From: Octopus sinensis | Lineage: Eukaryota | Length of the DNA stretch: 64,000 bases | Direction: 5' to 3' | NCBI RefSeq assembly: GCF_006345805.1 | Contig: NC_043006.1 | Location: 66,092,001-66,156,000 of the forward strand | In this document: one piece after another, positions 40,111 to 53,006 of the stretch | How positions within the stretch are numbered: the first letter of the stretch is position 1 | Layout: the number at the start of each line of letters is the position of its first letter | Position numbers and translations under genes: made by a program | The notes under the pieces: generated by a model | What the model saw: the letters and a program-made list of their open reading frames with translations, nothing else | What the model was told of the DNA's origin: nothing | Database searches by the model: none

Positions 40111-41339
40111 TGAATAAATAGGAAACGACGAAGGTACGAGTAAGCTGGTCAAGTATATTGGTGCGAGACGCTGGCGTGGCTGTGTGGTACGTAGCTTGCT
40201 TCCCAACCACATGGTTTTGGGTTCAGTCACACTGCGTGACACCTTTGGCAAGTGTCTTCTGCTATAGCCTCGGGCTAACCGAAGCCCTGTGAGTGGATTT
40301 GGTAGACGAAAAACTGTAAGAAGCCCGTCATGTACACACCACACACACACACACACATATGCGTGTGTGTCTTGTTTCTGCGTTTATCTCCCACTACCAC
40401 TTGACAACCGGTATTGGTGTGTTTACGTCCCCATAACTTAGCGGTTCGGTAAAAACCGATATATGTGTGTGTTTGTGTGTCTGTTTTTGTCCTCATCCAC
40501 CGCTTGACAACCAGTGTTGGTGTTTTCACGCCCCCGTAATTTAGCAGTTCGGCAAAAGAGACTTACAGACTAAGTACTAAGCTTTTTTTTTTTTAAAAAA
40601 ACAAGTACCTCTGTTGTTTTGTTCGACTAAAATTCTTCAAGACGTTGTCATAGCATGACAGCAGTTTAATGACAAAGAAGTAAAATACGAAAGATAAAAG
40701 AATGTTCATATTGAGAAACCCTTTCGCTCCACTGGACTAAACAACAACAACTCGAGCATCCAGATCAAAATAACAAATACAAATACAGCGTGTGGTATTG
40801 TGCGTGTTGTGTTATAGAAAAAATAATTTTATTGTTTCTACAAGTCCTTCGAAATCTAGAATAATTCAAATTGAAACAAGATCCACACACCTGCGCTTGC
40901 AAGACTTGCGTAGACAGAACGCAGAAGAAAGAAGTGAACTGGAAAAGGAGGCAGAAAGAAGATGTAGAAACAGAGTGAAGAGAAGAGAGAATTAAACAGG
41001 AAAAGAAGACAGAATGTAAAAAGACAAAAATAAAAAATGAAGATAGCAGAAACTACTAGCATTATTGTTATTTACTTTTAATCTGCATGTTTGTTACAAT
41101 CACTCGCCGAGTCACACTCAGCTTCCTGAGGCGAGTGAAGGATAAGACATGTTATCATATGACTAAAAGCTTGGGGAGGGGAAGTGGCAGGAGCAGTAGC
41201 GAAATATCTTTATGTAATAAAACACTGACATTTTATATGGATAGGGTTTTTATAAAGATGTGGGCTGTACTTGTCAGCACTATCTTTAGAATATATTTTT
41301 ATCAGTGGGAACAATTACATCTATTAATCTACAAGTACT

Positions 41340-42200
41340 TTATTATTATTATTATATTATTATTATTATTATTATCTTTGCACAGCTTCTAACACTGGAG
41401 ATGTACTACAGTGTCAGTTGTTCACTACCAGTGAACTAAGGTAACACTTCTTATTTTTCGAGCACCATCCGGAGTATTCGAGCGGTTCCACCCTTATTGC
41501 AGCCCCTATTTGTTCCATGTCGTTCTCGAGATTTTTACTCACTGTTCCCAGGACTCTGACAGTTATTGGTACTACTACCACCTTTTTCATCGATCACAAC
41601 TTGCTTAACCTCCCAAGCTAACCTGTCACATCTATCGACTTTTCTTTCCTCCTTGTCGCATATCTTGTCAGCTGGGCATGCTATACGCTATACGTATAAT
41701 CCAGCATCGTTTGCTTTCTTTCTTAAGACTATGTCTGGTTCCCTATTCTCTATCTCATGGTCGCACTGAATCATAAAATCCTATAGGATCTTTGCATTAT
41801 CATTTTCGACGATGCCTTCGGGTTTATGTTCGTACCACTATTTTGTTCTGTCAAGTCCATATTCCTTGCTATGTTGTCATGACGTTTCTTATATTATTTC
41901 TAGGCTAGAGGCGTACATTGACTGTTAATGTACCATTCAGTTTCACCATTTTGTCCACAAATTCTGCACTTACCACTTTCTGATGTGCTGTCTATTCTGT
42001 ATTTGATGTAATTGGATCTTAATGCTTGCTCTTGGGTAGCACAGATTAGAGCCTCCGCTTCCGCTTATAAATCACTTTTAGTCATCCATAGCCATCTTTT
42101 TTCTCTGTCTTATGTTCAACATCCCTATGAAATTGTCCCTGCATTTTTTCCTTTGTTCACATATTTTCAGTTTCATTCATTCTCAAGTGCTTGTACTGGA
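41340..42200 (-). mobile_element. R4/Dong-clade LINE 3' remnant
   Basis: Minus strand AQEQALRSNYIKYRID..KCRICGQNGET..YKKRHDN..DFMIQCDHEIENREPDIV, ending in a (TAA)n tail. Confidence 0.8.
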
Positions 42201-43120
42201 CTTGAACAGCAAAGAAGAGTATACTTCTAAAATCATAGTCATCTACGCCAGGTTGGCCGATTTCTTTACGTGTCTGGGAGTGCTTATTAGGAATTCTTCG
42301 CTTCTCAGTGCTGGTAGATTAGAACGGTATTTTGATGGTTGCTTGGACTAGATAGTCGATTGGAGGGAGAGCGCGTGTGTGTGTGCGCAAAAGCCCCACA
42401 AACCTGCTTAGACGTTTTCAACTGTCAGACAGGTGTCGAGTGAATTTCTTAAATGTGCCAGCATGCACATGAACAAACTGCAACAGGTCATCCATATCAA
42501 GGCAGAGTATTCTGTAGACCAGTAAACAGAGATAACCCAGGCTGTTCCCAATTCAAAATTGCTGGCTATATACACCACAAATTTGTGATCTGAACAGTTG
42601 AACCAGGTAGGTCCCTTAGGTAGAAATCCGGTTACTGGAAGCTGAGCGTATCACTCCAAGCGTGCCAAGCTTATAGAGACTGGCTTAGTGATTTAGTTAA
42701 GCAGGCGTTGACAGGGTCAATCGTCTGCAACAAATGGCGATTCGTTCTGAAAAGGATAATCAAAGTAGAATCGATAAGGTTGCGTAAGGAAGTAGCAACA
42801 GAAAAATAAATTAGATGGAGCCTTAGTTAGAAACTTAGATGAAGCGTTCAGGAAAGGCATCGAGGCCAATGGGCTCATGTTGAGACTATCTCTTGACTAA
42901 TTCTTAAATGTAAAAGCACAAAAGCTGCGTAGTCAAAGCTAAAGCGCATGCTCTAAGATACGAGAGCACGAATGGTACACGCTCAACGTGGCAACAAAGC
43001 AGCCACAATGCGGTCTTTGATGGACCGTGATGGGGGTATATTCCTTGAACCCGATCAGATTTATGCGGCTTTTCAGATTTGTGCCTATTGTCGGCAGAAT
43101 TATTATTATTATTATTATTA

Positions 43121-43612
43121 TTGAGTGAGAGAGTAGTGCATGTAGGGTACACCAGGCACATGCATCACAACCATATGCGCGCGATATGGTGATCTCATAT
43201 CAAGATAAACAGCGCATGGCCTTGCAGGTGGGGCCCAGTTAGAATTTTCTTCTGGTCGAGTAGCCCATCCCACCCAAAAGGTCCCTGAATAAGGATTGTT
43301 TAATGATGTTGAACGAACCACCCATGTTTCCAAAGTTGAATTATCCAAACCTCTAAGAATTCCATTTCAACACATGGCTATGATGCTCCCCCACTACTTC
43401 TGCTCATGACCAGAGATGAACATATCGTCAGCCACTAAGGGACATGGTCAACTGGTTAAGGTCAAACAACTGACAAGCGAATCTGTGGTGTTGAGCAGAA
43501 TATTTGCTGTAGCCCATCTTTTATACCAAGATAAAACAATGTACATGATAACACTTCCAGTTAGTTAAGATCAGAAGCCACGAGAGCCACTGTCTGGTAC
43601 TGCATCAGGGCA

Positions 43613-43613
<1 letters not shown>
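43121..43613 (-). mobile_element. Non-coding element of ~490 bp inserted in (TAA)n
   Basis: Complex sequence with (TAA)n tracts on both sides. Possibly mobilised by R4/Dong LINEs (inference). Confidence 0.5.
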
Positions 43614-43652
<39 letters not shown>

Positions 43653-44074
43653 GTTGTCTCGAGCTGGTTGAATCGTCAATGTGCCAGATAAAATGCATAG
43701 CGATATTCATTCCGGCTAAAGCAGTGAGCTTGGCAGAAACGTTAGCACGCCGGGCGAAATGCTTGGCGGTGTTTCATCTGTATTTACGTTCTGAGTTCAA
43801 ATTCCGCCGAGGTCGACTTTGCCTTTCATCCTTTCAGGGTCGATAAATTAAGTACCAATTGCGTACCGGGGTCAATCTATTCGACTGGCCTCTCCTCCAT
43901 AAACTTCGGGCCTTGTGCCTAGTGTAGAAAAGATATTTATTCCGGCTCTTTCTTTTCCGGCGTCAACTCTGCCTTTTACAGTTGCGGGCCAGATAGGAGA
44001 ATGGATTTCTGTGCATATCTCGACAGCCTACTATATGACTTTCGGTGAGAGGGAGAGAGAGAGGGAGGGAGAGA

Positions 44075-44570
44075 GAGAATTGCGAAAGGATTGTAAAAAC
44101 TGCAGAAATAAGGGAAGCGATGGCTTGTTGCACGGCAGGCAAATCGCCTGGTTTGGATAGTCTGCCCATAACTGTTCAAAACACAGATTTCAAAATTTTG
44201 GCCAATATGTTTGCAAAGGAGTTGGCGCCTGTCATCAATTGTTTTATTGATGAAACGCAAACATACTTCATCTCAAACAGGGCTATTCACAACAACCTTC
44301 ACCTTATACGATACATCAGGAACAAGGCATGAGTAGGGCTCTAATTAATTAAAATTAACGGAAAGTATTTGATGGGTCGACAATCAATACTTGGCGGCTA
44401 TCCTCATGGCAACCGGTTTCAATCTCGTCTTCCGCGGTTGGATCGCTGCAATTATGCTCTCAGTCCGTTAGTACACAAAGAATAGACGAGAGGTTGTCTT
44501 CTCTCTTCTTTCCTGTATGTACAAACAGATGAACCACTACTGCAGAAACTAGAAACGTTGAGGGACGTCA
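44075..44570 (+). pseudogene. Tx1/L1-clade LINE reverse transcriptase remnant
   Basis: EIREAMACCTAGKSPGLDSLP..NTDFKILA..IDETQTYFISNRAIHNNL. Confidence 0.75.
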
Positions 44571-44831
44571 AGATTTTCAAATGATCGGGGTTAAATGGAA
44601 GATAAATTAGTTTCAACCCGATTTAACTTTGTACAAAAGGGCACAGAAAGAGGGATTTGAAGTTAATTTTGGTAATATTGAGATTTTATTACGGAGATGT
44701 ATTTGCATAGAAAGTGACCTGACCTGAGATTGTGTGCTGAAACAAAAACAATTGCAGCGTGGAAGGTGTTTATAAGCTATTTAAGAAACACACAAAAACC
44801 GTTAGATTCACTTCAACATTTAAATTTAATT

Positions 44832-44878
44832 TGCCAGAATATTTTCGTCGCTTTGAGACCGCGACCTGTTCACTGACA
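44832..44878 (-). ncRNA. Type I hammerhead-like motif with G3-C8 core
   Basis: TGTCA-GTGAACA-G-GTCGC-ggtctcaaa-GCGAC-GAAA-ATA-TTC-TGGCA. Confidence 0.65.
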
Positions 44879-45618
44879 GAATTCCGTGCTGAGATTTTAT
44901 GGCATGCGAATAACGCGGTCTTCATGGAGAGAACTTGAATTAACAGAAGCGCAACTGTCTACTTCATACAACGACGTAACTTCTTTGCAACCGGTTTCAA
45001 CAAAAGGAGATCTTGCTTAAAAGCCTTAGTGAAATAACTTAACGATTTGAGCGGCCTTAAAAAGACTTTACTAAATTTTGAACGAAACAAGAAACCATAA
45101 ACCTTAGTAAAGGTTGCTCTGAACTTCTATTTGAAAAATTAGGGGATCATAAGACTGTAAAGTAGTCACCATTTTATGCCTTTTGCTTTTTAAAATATAA
45201 AAGTAAAAATCTAACGGAGCCAGGAGTACCATATTTACATATTACAGTTTCGCATTTTTTACTTGCTGCATAAAGTAAAGAAAGTGTGTATATTATTTGA
45301 ATGAATTACATATAATTGTACACAAAGAATTTCCTCTGTAAGATATAATATATATATATATATATATATTGAATCGTAAGATATTGTTCGAAGGATTTTT
45401 CAACAATCACACTCACACTCACACACACACATTTTGTCAGACTACTGCATTTCAAACAAGTGTAAAAAGTATTTCGATTATTAAAAGAATTTCTCTACAT
45501 AAAAATGTGAACAATTTATATTGAAGAGCTCTTTTCTTACAAACAATTTTTACAATTTTTTCTTTCATTTTTTTTTTGGTTGGGAAGAAATCCTCTTTCT
45601 CTCTCTCGTGTGTCTTAT

Positions 45619-45651
<33 letters not shown>

Positions 45652-45765
45652 TATATTATATATATATATATATGACACACACACACACATATATATACAT
45701 ACGTACCTATAATATATATATATATAATATATATATATCTATCTATATTATATACTACGTACATA

Positions 45766-45808
<43 letters not shown>

Positions 45809-47329
45809 TTATATATATACGTACATATATATATATATATGACACATAAATACACATACATACATATATATGACACAAACATATATTGCATACATACATA
45901 TATGTGTATATACTTATACACATATACATACATATATATATGTGTATATACTTATACACACATACATACATATATATATGTGTATATACTTATACACACA
46001 TACATACATATATATATGTGTATATACATACACACACATACATACATATATATATTTGTACATACATACACATATATATGTATATACATACACATACGTA
46101 CATATATATGTATATGCATACATACACACACATGCATATATATATATATGTATGTATACACATATATACATACATACATGTATGTATATATACACACACA
46201 CACACATACATACATGTATGTATACACAGACACACATATATATATACATATACACGCACACATAGATATATGTATATGCATACATACACATCAATACCTC
46301 GATTAACGAAATGTGTTGCGCTGTTTGTTTTTTATTTCACTTCTAGGAACTTAGTTATCGGCGAATAGTATTATATATATATATATATAAATTTTCTTAA
46401 TTACTGAAAGAAATACTGTATACTCATATTTTATATACAGTAGAGCGACAATATTCACAAATATATACATATATATCCTATACAAAAAAAAGCTTATAAG
46501 AAGAAAAGCATTACATGTGAATTAGCCATAAAAAATCTACACACTTTATGTAAAAAAAAACCTCCTCTGAACACAATTATATGTAATTCAATAAAAATAT
46601 ATATGCACCGTCGTTTTTATGTCAGTAAAAAATGAGAGACTATATACACAGTACTTTTGTTAGATTTTAGAATTTTTGCTAAAAAATGGTGTCTAGCGTT
46701 GTTGACCACGTTGCTTTGTTCTTAAAACGAATTAGGGTCTCAAAAATGATTCAAGTGAGATTTGAATGCCAAACCACATTTCTTGAACAGCATCTAGTAA
46801 GCACCCGAAATCAATGCGCGTCCATGGTGCTTCCCCACCATACAAGATAAATATATTCTGTGTCCCTCACGCAAAGGGAATCGTTACATACAGACTGTGA
46901 GGTAAGGGGCCTGCTTCCCAACCACATGGTTCCGGGTTCTGTCCCACTGCGTGGCACCTTGGGCAAAGCCTCGGGCCGACTAAAGCCGTGTGAGTGGATT
47001 TAGAGACGGAAACTGAAAGAAGAACGTTCTATGTGTGTGTGTGTGTGTATACACACACACACACATACACACACATACACATATATATATATATAGGTAT
47101 GTATGTGACCGCTTGACAACCGTTATTGGTGTGTTTATGTCCCCGTAACTTAGCGGTTCAGCAAAGAGAGCAATAGAATAAGTACTAGGCTTTACAAAAA
47201 GATAATTAGTGCTGGGGTCGATTCTTTCGACTAAAATTCTTCAAGGCGATGCCCCAGCTGGCCACAGTCTAACGACTGAAACAGGTAAAAGATACATATA
47301 TACATATGTATGTATGTATCTAGGGTGGG

Positions 47330-47646
47330 TAAAATTCCGAAGATCCACGGACGAATTCTCTCCCTCATCATCGCTACCATGCCCTGTGTCTCTCAGAGAC
47401 CCGTGTCTTTCCTCACGGCATCAACAAATGTTATCCTCACCTCCATGTAGGGGCTCCAAGAGGAGCACTGAGTGCTGTATCAACTCTAAATGACGGTGAG
47501 CTCATCCAGCTGAGTTTCCTCAGTGATATTTTCGAACTAACTATTGAGAAGCTCTCGTTCAGCTCTGAATTCTTCATCCTCAGTGTATACTGATTAATGA
47601 TCAGAGCTATCCTCAGCATTCTCGTGTAGCATCCATAGACAGTCAG
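47330..47646 (-). pseudogene. RTE-clade LINE C-terminal remnant
   Basis: GCYTRMLRIAL..KNSEL..SSKISLRKL..LLLEPLHG..TFVDAVRKDTG. Confidence 0.7.
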
Positions 47647-47831
47647 AAACGCTTACACACACACACACACACACACACACAACTATCTATACTGTTATAC
47701 AATGAAAGTCTTTGATTTTTTGAAGCTGTGTAGCGTTGCATTGCCTCTATGTTGAAAGACATACAGAAACCTACTGATACACACACATACAAACAACCAA
47801 AAAATAGCTATCTGTATAGTTATATAATGAA

Positions 47832-48447
47832 CTAGCTTAAAAGTCGCACTCCATGCGACTTCTAAACTAGCTCCTGTGGAGGGTTAATTGGGACTCTGGC
47901 CCAAAACTAAAGAGAGCAATAATATTCTTTTCTACTCTAGGTACAAGGCCCGAAAATTTTGGGGAAGGGTCCAGTCGATTAGATCAACCCCAGTACGCAA
48001 CCGGTACTTAATTTATCTCGAAAGGATGAAAGGCAAAGTCGATCTCGGCAGAATTTGAACTCAGAGCGTAAAGACAGACGAAATACCGCCATGAATTTCG
48101 CCAGGCTTACTAACGTTCCTACCTACTCGCCGCCTTAAAGAAAGCAATAATATTAAAACATTTATTGGTACCCTACCAATATGGTACTACTTTCACCAAT
48201 GTTTAAATGAAAATCGTGTAAGTTCACAAAGTTTTGGAGTTTTTTTTAAATTTGAATTTTCAACTGTTAGCATATCGTCATTCAAACCTCATCCCAATAC
48301 TTGATATTCAAGAACCAAATGGAGGGTACATTTTCAATCCCGAGATCATCCTGATTCCAAAATTGTATAATATGTCTCTGTAGAGCAAATGTAGACTGAG
48401 ATACAGGGGTCCCCGACGGATAAACAGAATTTCGCGTTTATTATTAT
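47832..48447 (-). mobile_element. Helitron-like non-autonomous element with a SINE B insertion
   Basis: Minus-strand 3' end AGTCGCA-TGGAG-TGCGACT hairpin followed by CTAG. The SINE is flanked by AAAG(A/G)AGCAATAATATT-like repeats. Confidence 0.6.
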
Positions 48448-49005
48448 TTGAAGCAGTCTTGCGTTGTGTTGACAAACTTGCACTTAAAATTCCTGCATTT
48501 CAAATCAAAACTCATTAGTTACTATGGTGGCAACACTACTTACCTTTCATACAATATACTTTCTTTATTACTCTCTCTCTCTCACAAACTATTTCTCCCT
48601 CAACAACAACTTTTTCTTCTCTCTTCTAAATGCACGTTGTGACGTATATTTTGATTCCTCCTCTTCTGTCCCTCCATATAATAGATATTGTGACGGACAT
48701 ACAGACAGAGGTTTGCTTCTCTTCAACAACTTTTCTCCCCCTTCTTCTAAATACACGTTGTGACGTATATTATGATCACCCGCTTCTTTCTTCCCCGTAA
48801 TAGATTTTGCAATAGACAGACAGACGAAGAGCCGCTTCTCTTTTATGATATAAAATTGTATTTTTATGTTCACAAATGGCCATTCACCAATATTTTATAT
48901 CTTTAATCTGTTTATTGTAAATAAGTTATGTGTAACAATGGGATACGTAATCACTGGATTAATATATAGTAATCTTAGCTCTACAATAAATGTTTATATA
49001 TATAT

Positions 49006-49261
49006 ATCGTTGGTATTATGCAAACGTGTCGTAAGTCCAAAAAGTTGCTTTTTCAGAAAACGAAAAAAATAGTTTCACCATTCCATAGCAAAACTGTTGT
49101 ACTAGATTTTAACAATTTTTGATACCTTGGCATCTGAAGCAACTGGAGATACGATAGTTTAACCAAAAGAACCGGCTATTGTAAGGAAAAATAAATATTG
49201 AAAAAAAAAAACGCATTTGTCCAAATTTGGACATACGACAGTTTATCGTAATAGCAACGAT
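49006..49261. mobile_element. MITE with imperfect ~35-bp TIRs and TA flanks
   Basis: ATCGTTGGTATTATGCAAACGTGTCGTAAGTCCAA versus TTGGACATACGACAGTTTATCGTAATAGCAACGAT. Confidence 0.65.
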
Positions 49262-49450
49262 ATAAAATTAATGTAGACAGCAGTGTGCAATGTTTTACCA
49301 AAAAGGAAAACCATAATTGACACTAAATGTGACTAGAGTGCTAGAAACACCTACATTACAAGAAACAAGAGCTAAAATGCTTTAATGCTGTAGTCAAAGC
49401 ACATAATTGTTTACATATGTACAGACAAGGATTATAATCGACCGAAAACA

Positions 49451-49530
49451 CCGATCGAGAATTCCCTACACTGATCGGTCAGTTTCGGCAATTTCCGTTG
49501 CCTCATCAGTAAGGACTGGCTCGACTACGG
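49451..49530 (-). ncRNA. Full-length type I hammerhead ribozyme motif with a GUG site
   Basis: TCGAG-ccag-TCCTTA-CTGATGA-GGCAA-cggaaa-TTGCC-GAAA-CTGA-ccga-TCAG-T-G-TAGGGA-att-CTCGA. Confidence 0.85.
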
Positions 49531-49636
49531 CAAATTTCGGACTTAATTCTCTGTCGGTATATATGTTTCCGTCGTAAAAATCTATGGATGATTAGCGAAT
49601 CGCTATATACACAGACAGATAGGCACACACACACAC

Positions 49637-49830
49637 ATCTATTATATAAAATCCGTTCTGTCTGTCTGTGTGTATGTCTTCTAGGATCTCGAGCATCCTC
49701 CATCCGATTGCGCTCAAATTCGATATGCAGATACCGACGGTATTAGGGCGTGTATAAGTCTTGAAAAAATTACAAAAATCGATTCCCGGTGAGAATGCGA
49801 TCGAAAAAGCCGTGGGAACATGCCAAGCTT
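49637..49830 (+). mobile_element. Helitron/DINE-like 5' fragment; a similar duplicated fragment lies at ~48640-48855 (-)
   Basis: TCTATTATATAAAA start, (GTCT)n, and a CATCCGATTGCGCTCAAATT core. Confidence 0.5.
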
Positions 49831-50106
49831 ACTGTTTAAACCATGTTTGTGTTCTCCCAGTCAACAGCTTATCATTACTGGTACTTTAAACTCTTCGGTT
49901 GCATATTTGTGTGAATAAAATCGTTTTTCTTTGTAATAGAAAAAAGTCTATCTTTATTTCTGCTTTTGCTGGTGTCTCAAATTTAGGTTAAATCAGTGTT
50001 TCTCAAAGGGGATGCCTGTGGGACGGTCGGACAAGTTGTTTTGAGAAAATTTGGTTTAAATGTTTGACAACTCAGCACCATCCAATGGACGGGGAGCGTT
50101 TTGCTC

Positions 50107-50137
<31 letters not shown>

Positions 50138-51716
50138 CAAATACGTACATTTATCAGCATACGTATATGTTTACATATAATGCGTGCGCATGCACACGCA
50201 CACACACACACACACTTTCTCCCATGCATGCATGTATGTTGTCTGTGTATTTAGTTGCATTATGGCTGAATTATTTAGAAATTCGCTTCGCAACTACGAG
50301 GTCTCAGGTTCAGTCTTAGTGCGTGCGTGGCATCTTGGACCAATGTGTTCTTTTTCCTTATCCTCGGATCTGCAGTTACTCGGTGAGCGAAAGTTAATCG
50401 AAGATAGAAGCTAATCGAAGTTATCGAATGGCTCCATCATAAAGTTTTCTTGGATCAATCTTTAGCCTTTGGCTCGCTTTCACTTGAGATAAATAAGGTC
50501 CGTAAATAGCACTATTGATGTGGAAATCGATTAGCCCTATCTCATTCAGCGTCAAATTAAATAGCCACAAATGCATTCTGAATCACTGATTTATAGCATG
50601 CAAATAGCACACACACACACATTCATACACGACGAGCTTCCATAGTTTCCGACTGCTAAACTCACTGAAAAGGCATTGGACAACCTGAGGATAGAGCAGA
50701 AGATACTGCATAAGGTGCTGCGCAAGGGAACTGAACCCGAAACCATATGGTTACGAAGCCATGCCTGCGGCTTTATTTCTTCCGTTTTTCAAATCTACAT
50801 TGGCATTGTTTATGCTCCTGTTCACTTCTTACATTTCTTCATCACAATTAATCCTTAACTCGATCATTTCCTCTTCATTACAGGTGTAATTTTTCGTCTG
50901 AGTTCAAATACTGCCAAGGTCAACTTTACCTTTCACCCTTTCGGGGTCAATAAATCAAGTACCAGTTGAGTATTGGGGTCGATGTGATCGACTGTCCCTC
51001 ACCCCACATAATCCAGGTCTTGTGCCTATACTAGAACGGATTACAGGTGTAATTTTTAATTACCGCGTGTACACGTGTATAAGTCGCACTATACTTGATT
51101 TAAACTCAAAAGTCTGGGGGCGCGACTTATGCTCGGAGCAAAACTAAAACTAGGAACGGAAAAATTTTGTACCAAGATTCAGCACTATAAGAGTGGTGCG
51201 GTTTATACACGAGTAGATACGATAAAATATGTAAGACGAGCTGGTAGAACTATTTGCACGCCAGACAAAACGCTTAGAATTGTTTCGTCCTCTTTTGCGT
51301 TCTGAGCTCAAATTATGCTGCGGTCTGCCTTTCATTCTTTTGGGGTCGATTAGATAAGTATCAGTCAAGTACTGAAGTGGATACAACCGACTTTTCCCCC
51401 CTCTTAAAAAACCGCTGACCCTATGACAAAATTTGAAACCATCATTTACATATTCTTTTATTTGTTTCAGTCATTTGACTGCGGCCATGCTGGAGCACCA
51501 CCTTTAGTCGAGCAAATCGACCCCAGGACTTATTCTTTGTAAGCCTAGTACTTATTCTACCTATCTGTCTTGCCGAACCGCTAAGTTACGGGAACGTAAA
51601 CACATCAGCATCGGTTGTCTAGCGATGTTGGGAGGACAAACATAGACACACAAACATATACATACGTACGTACATACATACGTTCCCGTTCGTCGGACAG
51701 TTTTTGTTAGCAAAAA

Positions 51717-51754
51717 CTGTCCGACGAACGGGAACGTGAAACTCAGAGTAACAG
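51717..51754 (+). ncRNA. Minimal type I hammerhead-like motif (U4C)
   Basis: CTGT-CCGACGA-ACG-GGAA-CGT-GAAACTC-A-GAGTA-ACAG. Confidence 0.65.
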
Positions 51755-51786
51755 GTTTTGTTGAATTTTCTGCTGCTTTAAATAAA

Positions 51787-51832
<46 letters not shown>

Positions 51833-52164
51833 TATATATAATATATATATATATACGACGGCAGCCACTCCTAAGTACAAATAAAGGTTACAAACCTGAA
51901 TAAGGGATAATAAAATCCAATGAAAATCCTGGTTAGTTTCCTATTTAAAAAGTGTTGAATATTATAATTAATATTTAGCTGCAAGGTAACAGGATAAACC
52001 GTAGTTTATATATATTTCAAGAAGATAAAATAGAGAGATAATTAATAATTATTTTAATTATCGTAATTAATTTCTAAAGGTCTGGAATCGAAACAGCTGT
52101 CATAGATGATGTCTAATTTTTAATTAATAAATAATTATTAATTATCTCTCTATTTTCTTATCTT

Positions 52165-52226
<62 letters not shown>

Positions 52227-52281
52227 TGATAGAAATGGTAAGACAACAAAAGAATGAGAGAGACCTCGTTATTATGTGAAA

Positions 52282-52443
52282 AGAGAAGTTTATCTGTAAA
52301 TATATGTGACAATTATTCGGTAGCAATGATAAAACTCCGAGTTTCGGATGTCGGGTCGGAAACCCACGCCCCGACATCAGAAACTCGGAGTTTTATCATG
52401 GCTACCGAATAATTGTCACATATATTTACAGATAAACTTCTCT
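52282..52443. repeat. Hairpin with 74-bp arms and a 14-nt loop
   Basis: 52282-52355 versus 52370-52443 with two mismatches. Confidence 0.9.
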
Positions 52444-52963
52444 GGTATCCAGATGGTTAAATAGCTGTTTATTCTTCAGATCGCACTTATTGAAGAAACC
52501 TTTTGTTCAAGATTATTGCGACGTTTGTTTCAAGCCTGAATTCGCCATACAGGGAAATCCTAGAAATAATTTAGTTGAACAAGACGATGATGGCGGCGGT
52601 GGCGGCGACAACGACGACGACGACAACGACAACGACGACGACAACAACAACACAACAACAGCGGAGATGAACCAAAGAAAAACAACACCGGAAAAGATGA
52701 ACAGAATCTTGTTATTAGTTGAAGTTACAGAAGAAATTGAAATTATAAAGAATAATTTCTTGGAGTTAAGAATTCAATAATGACTTATATAATTACGAGA
52801 AAAATGGCGTATAGAGAGTCATCCGCAAACATATATAGAAAACACAACGAACTGAACTTCACCCACAGCTAAATTCTTTTACGACAAAACAATTACGCAA
52901 ATAAGTCGCATTTGCTGAACGCAAGTGGAGGGTTGTTGATCGAGATTTTATTCCCAAAGGTGG

Positions 52964-53006
<43 letters not shown>

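Noticed and set aside
42400-43100. Possible reverse transcriptase remnant on the minus strand (DMDDLL)
   Set aside because: Only one short motif with no sustained reading frame.
52480-52780. Acidic ORF after a possible splice acceptor
   Set aside because: Largely a (GAC/AAC)n repeat, with no recognisable domain or clear donor site.
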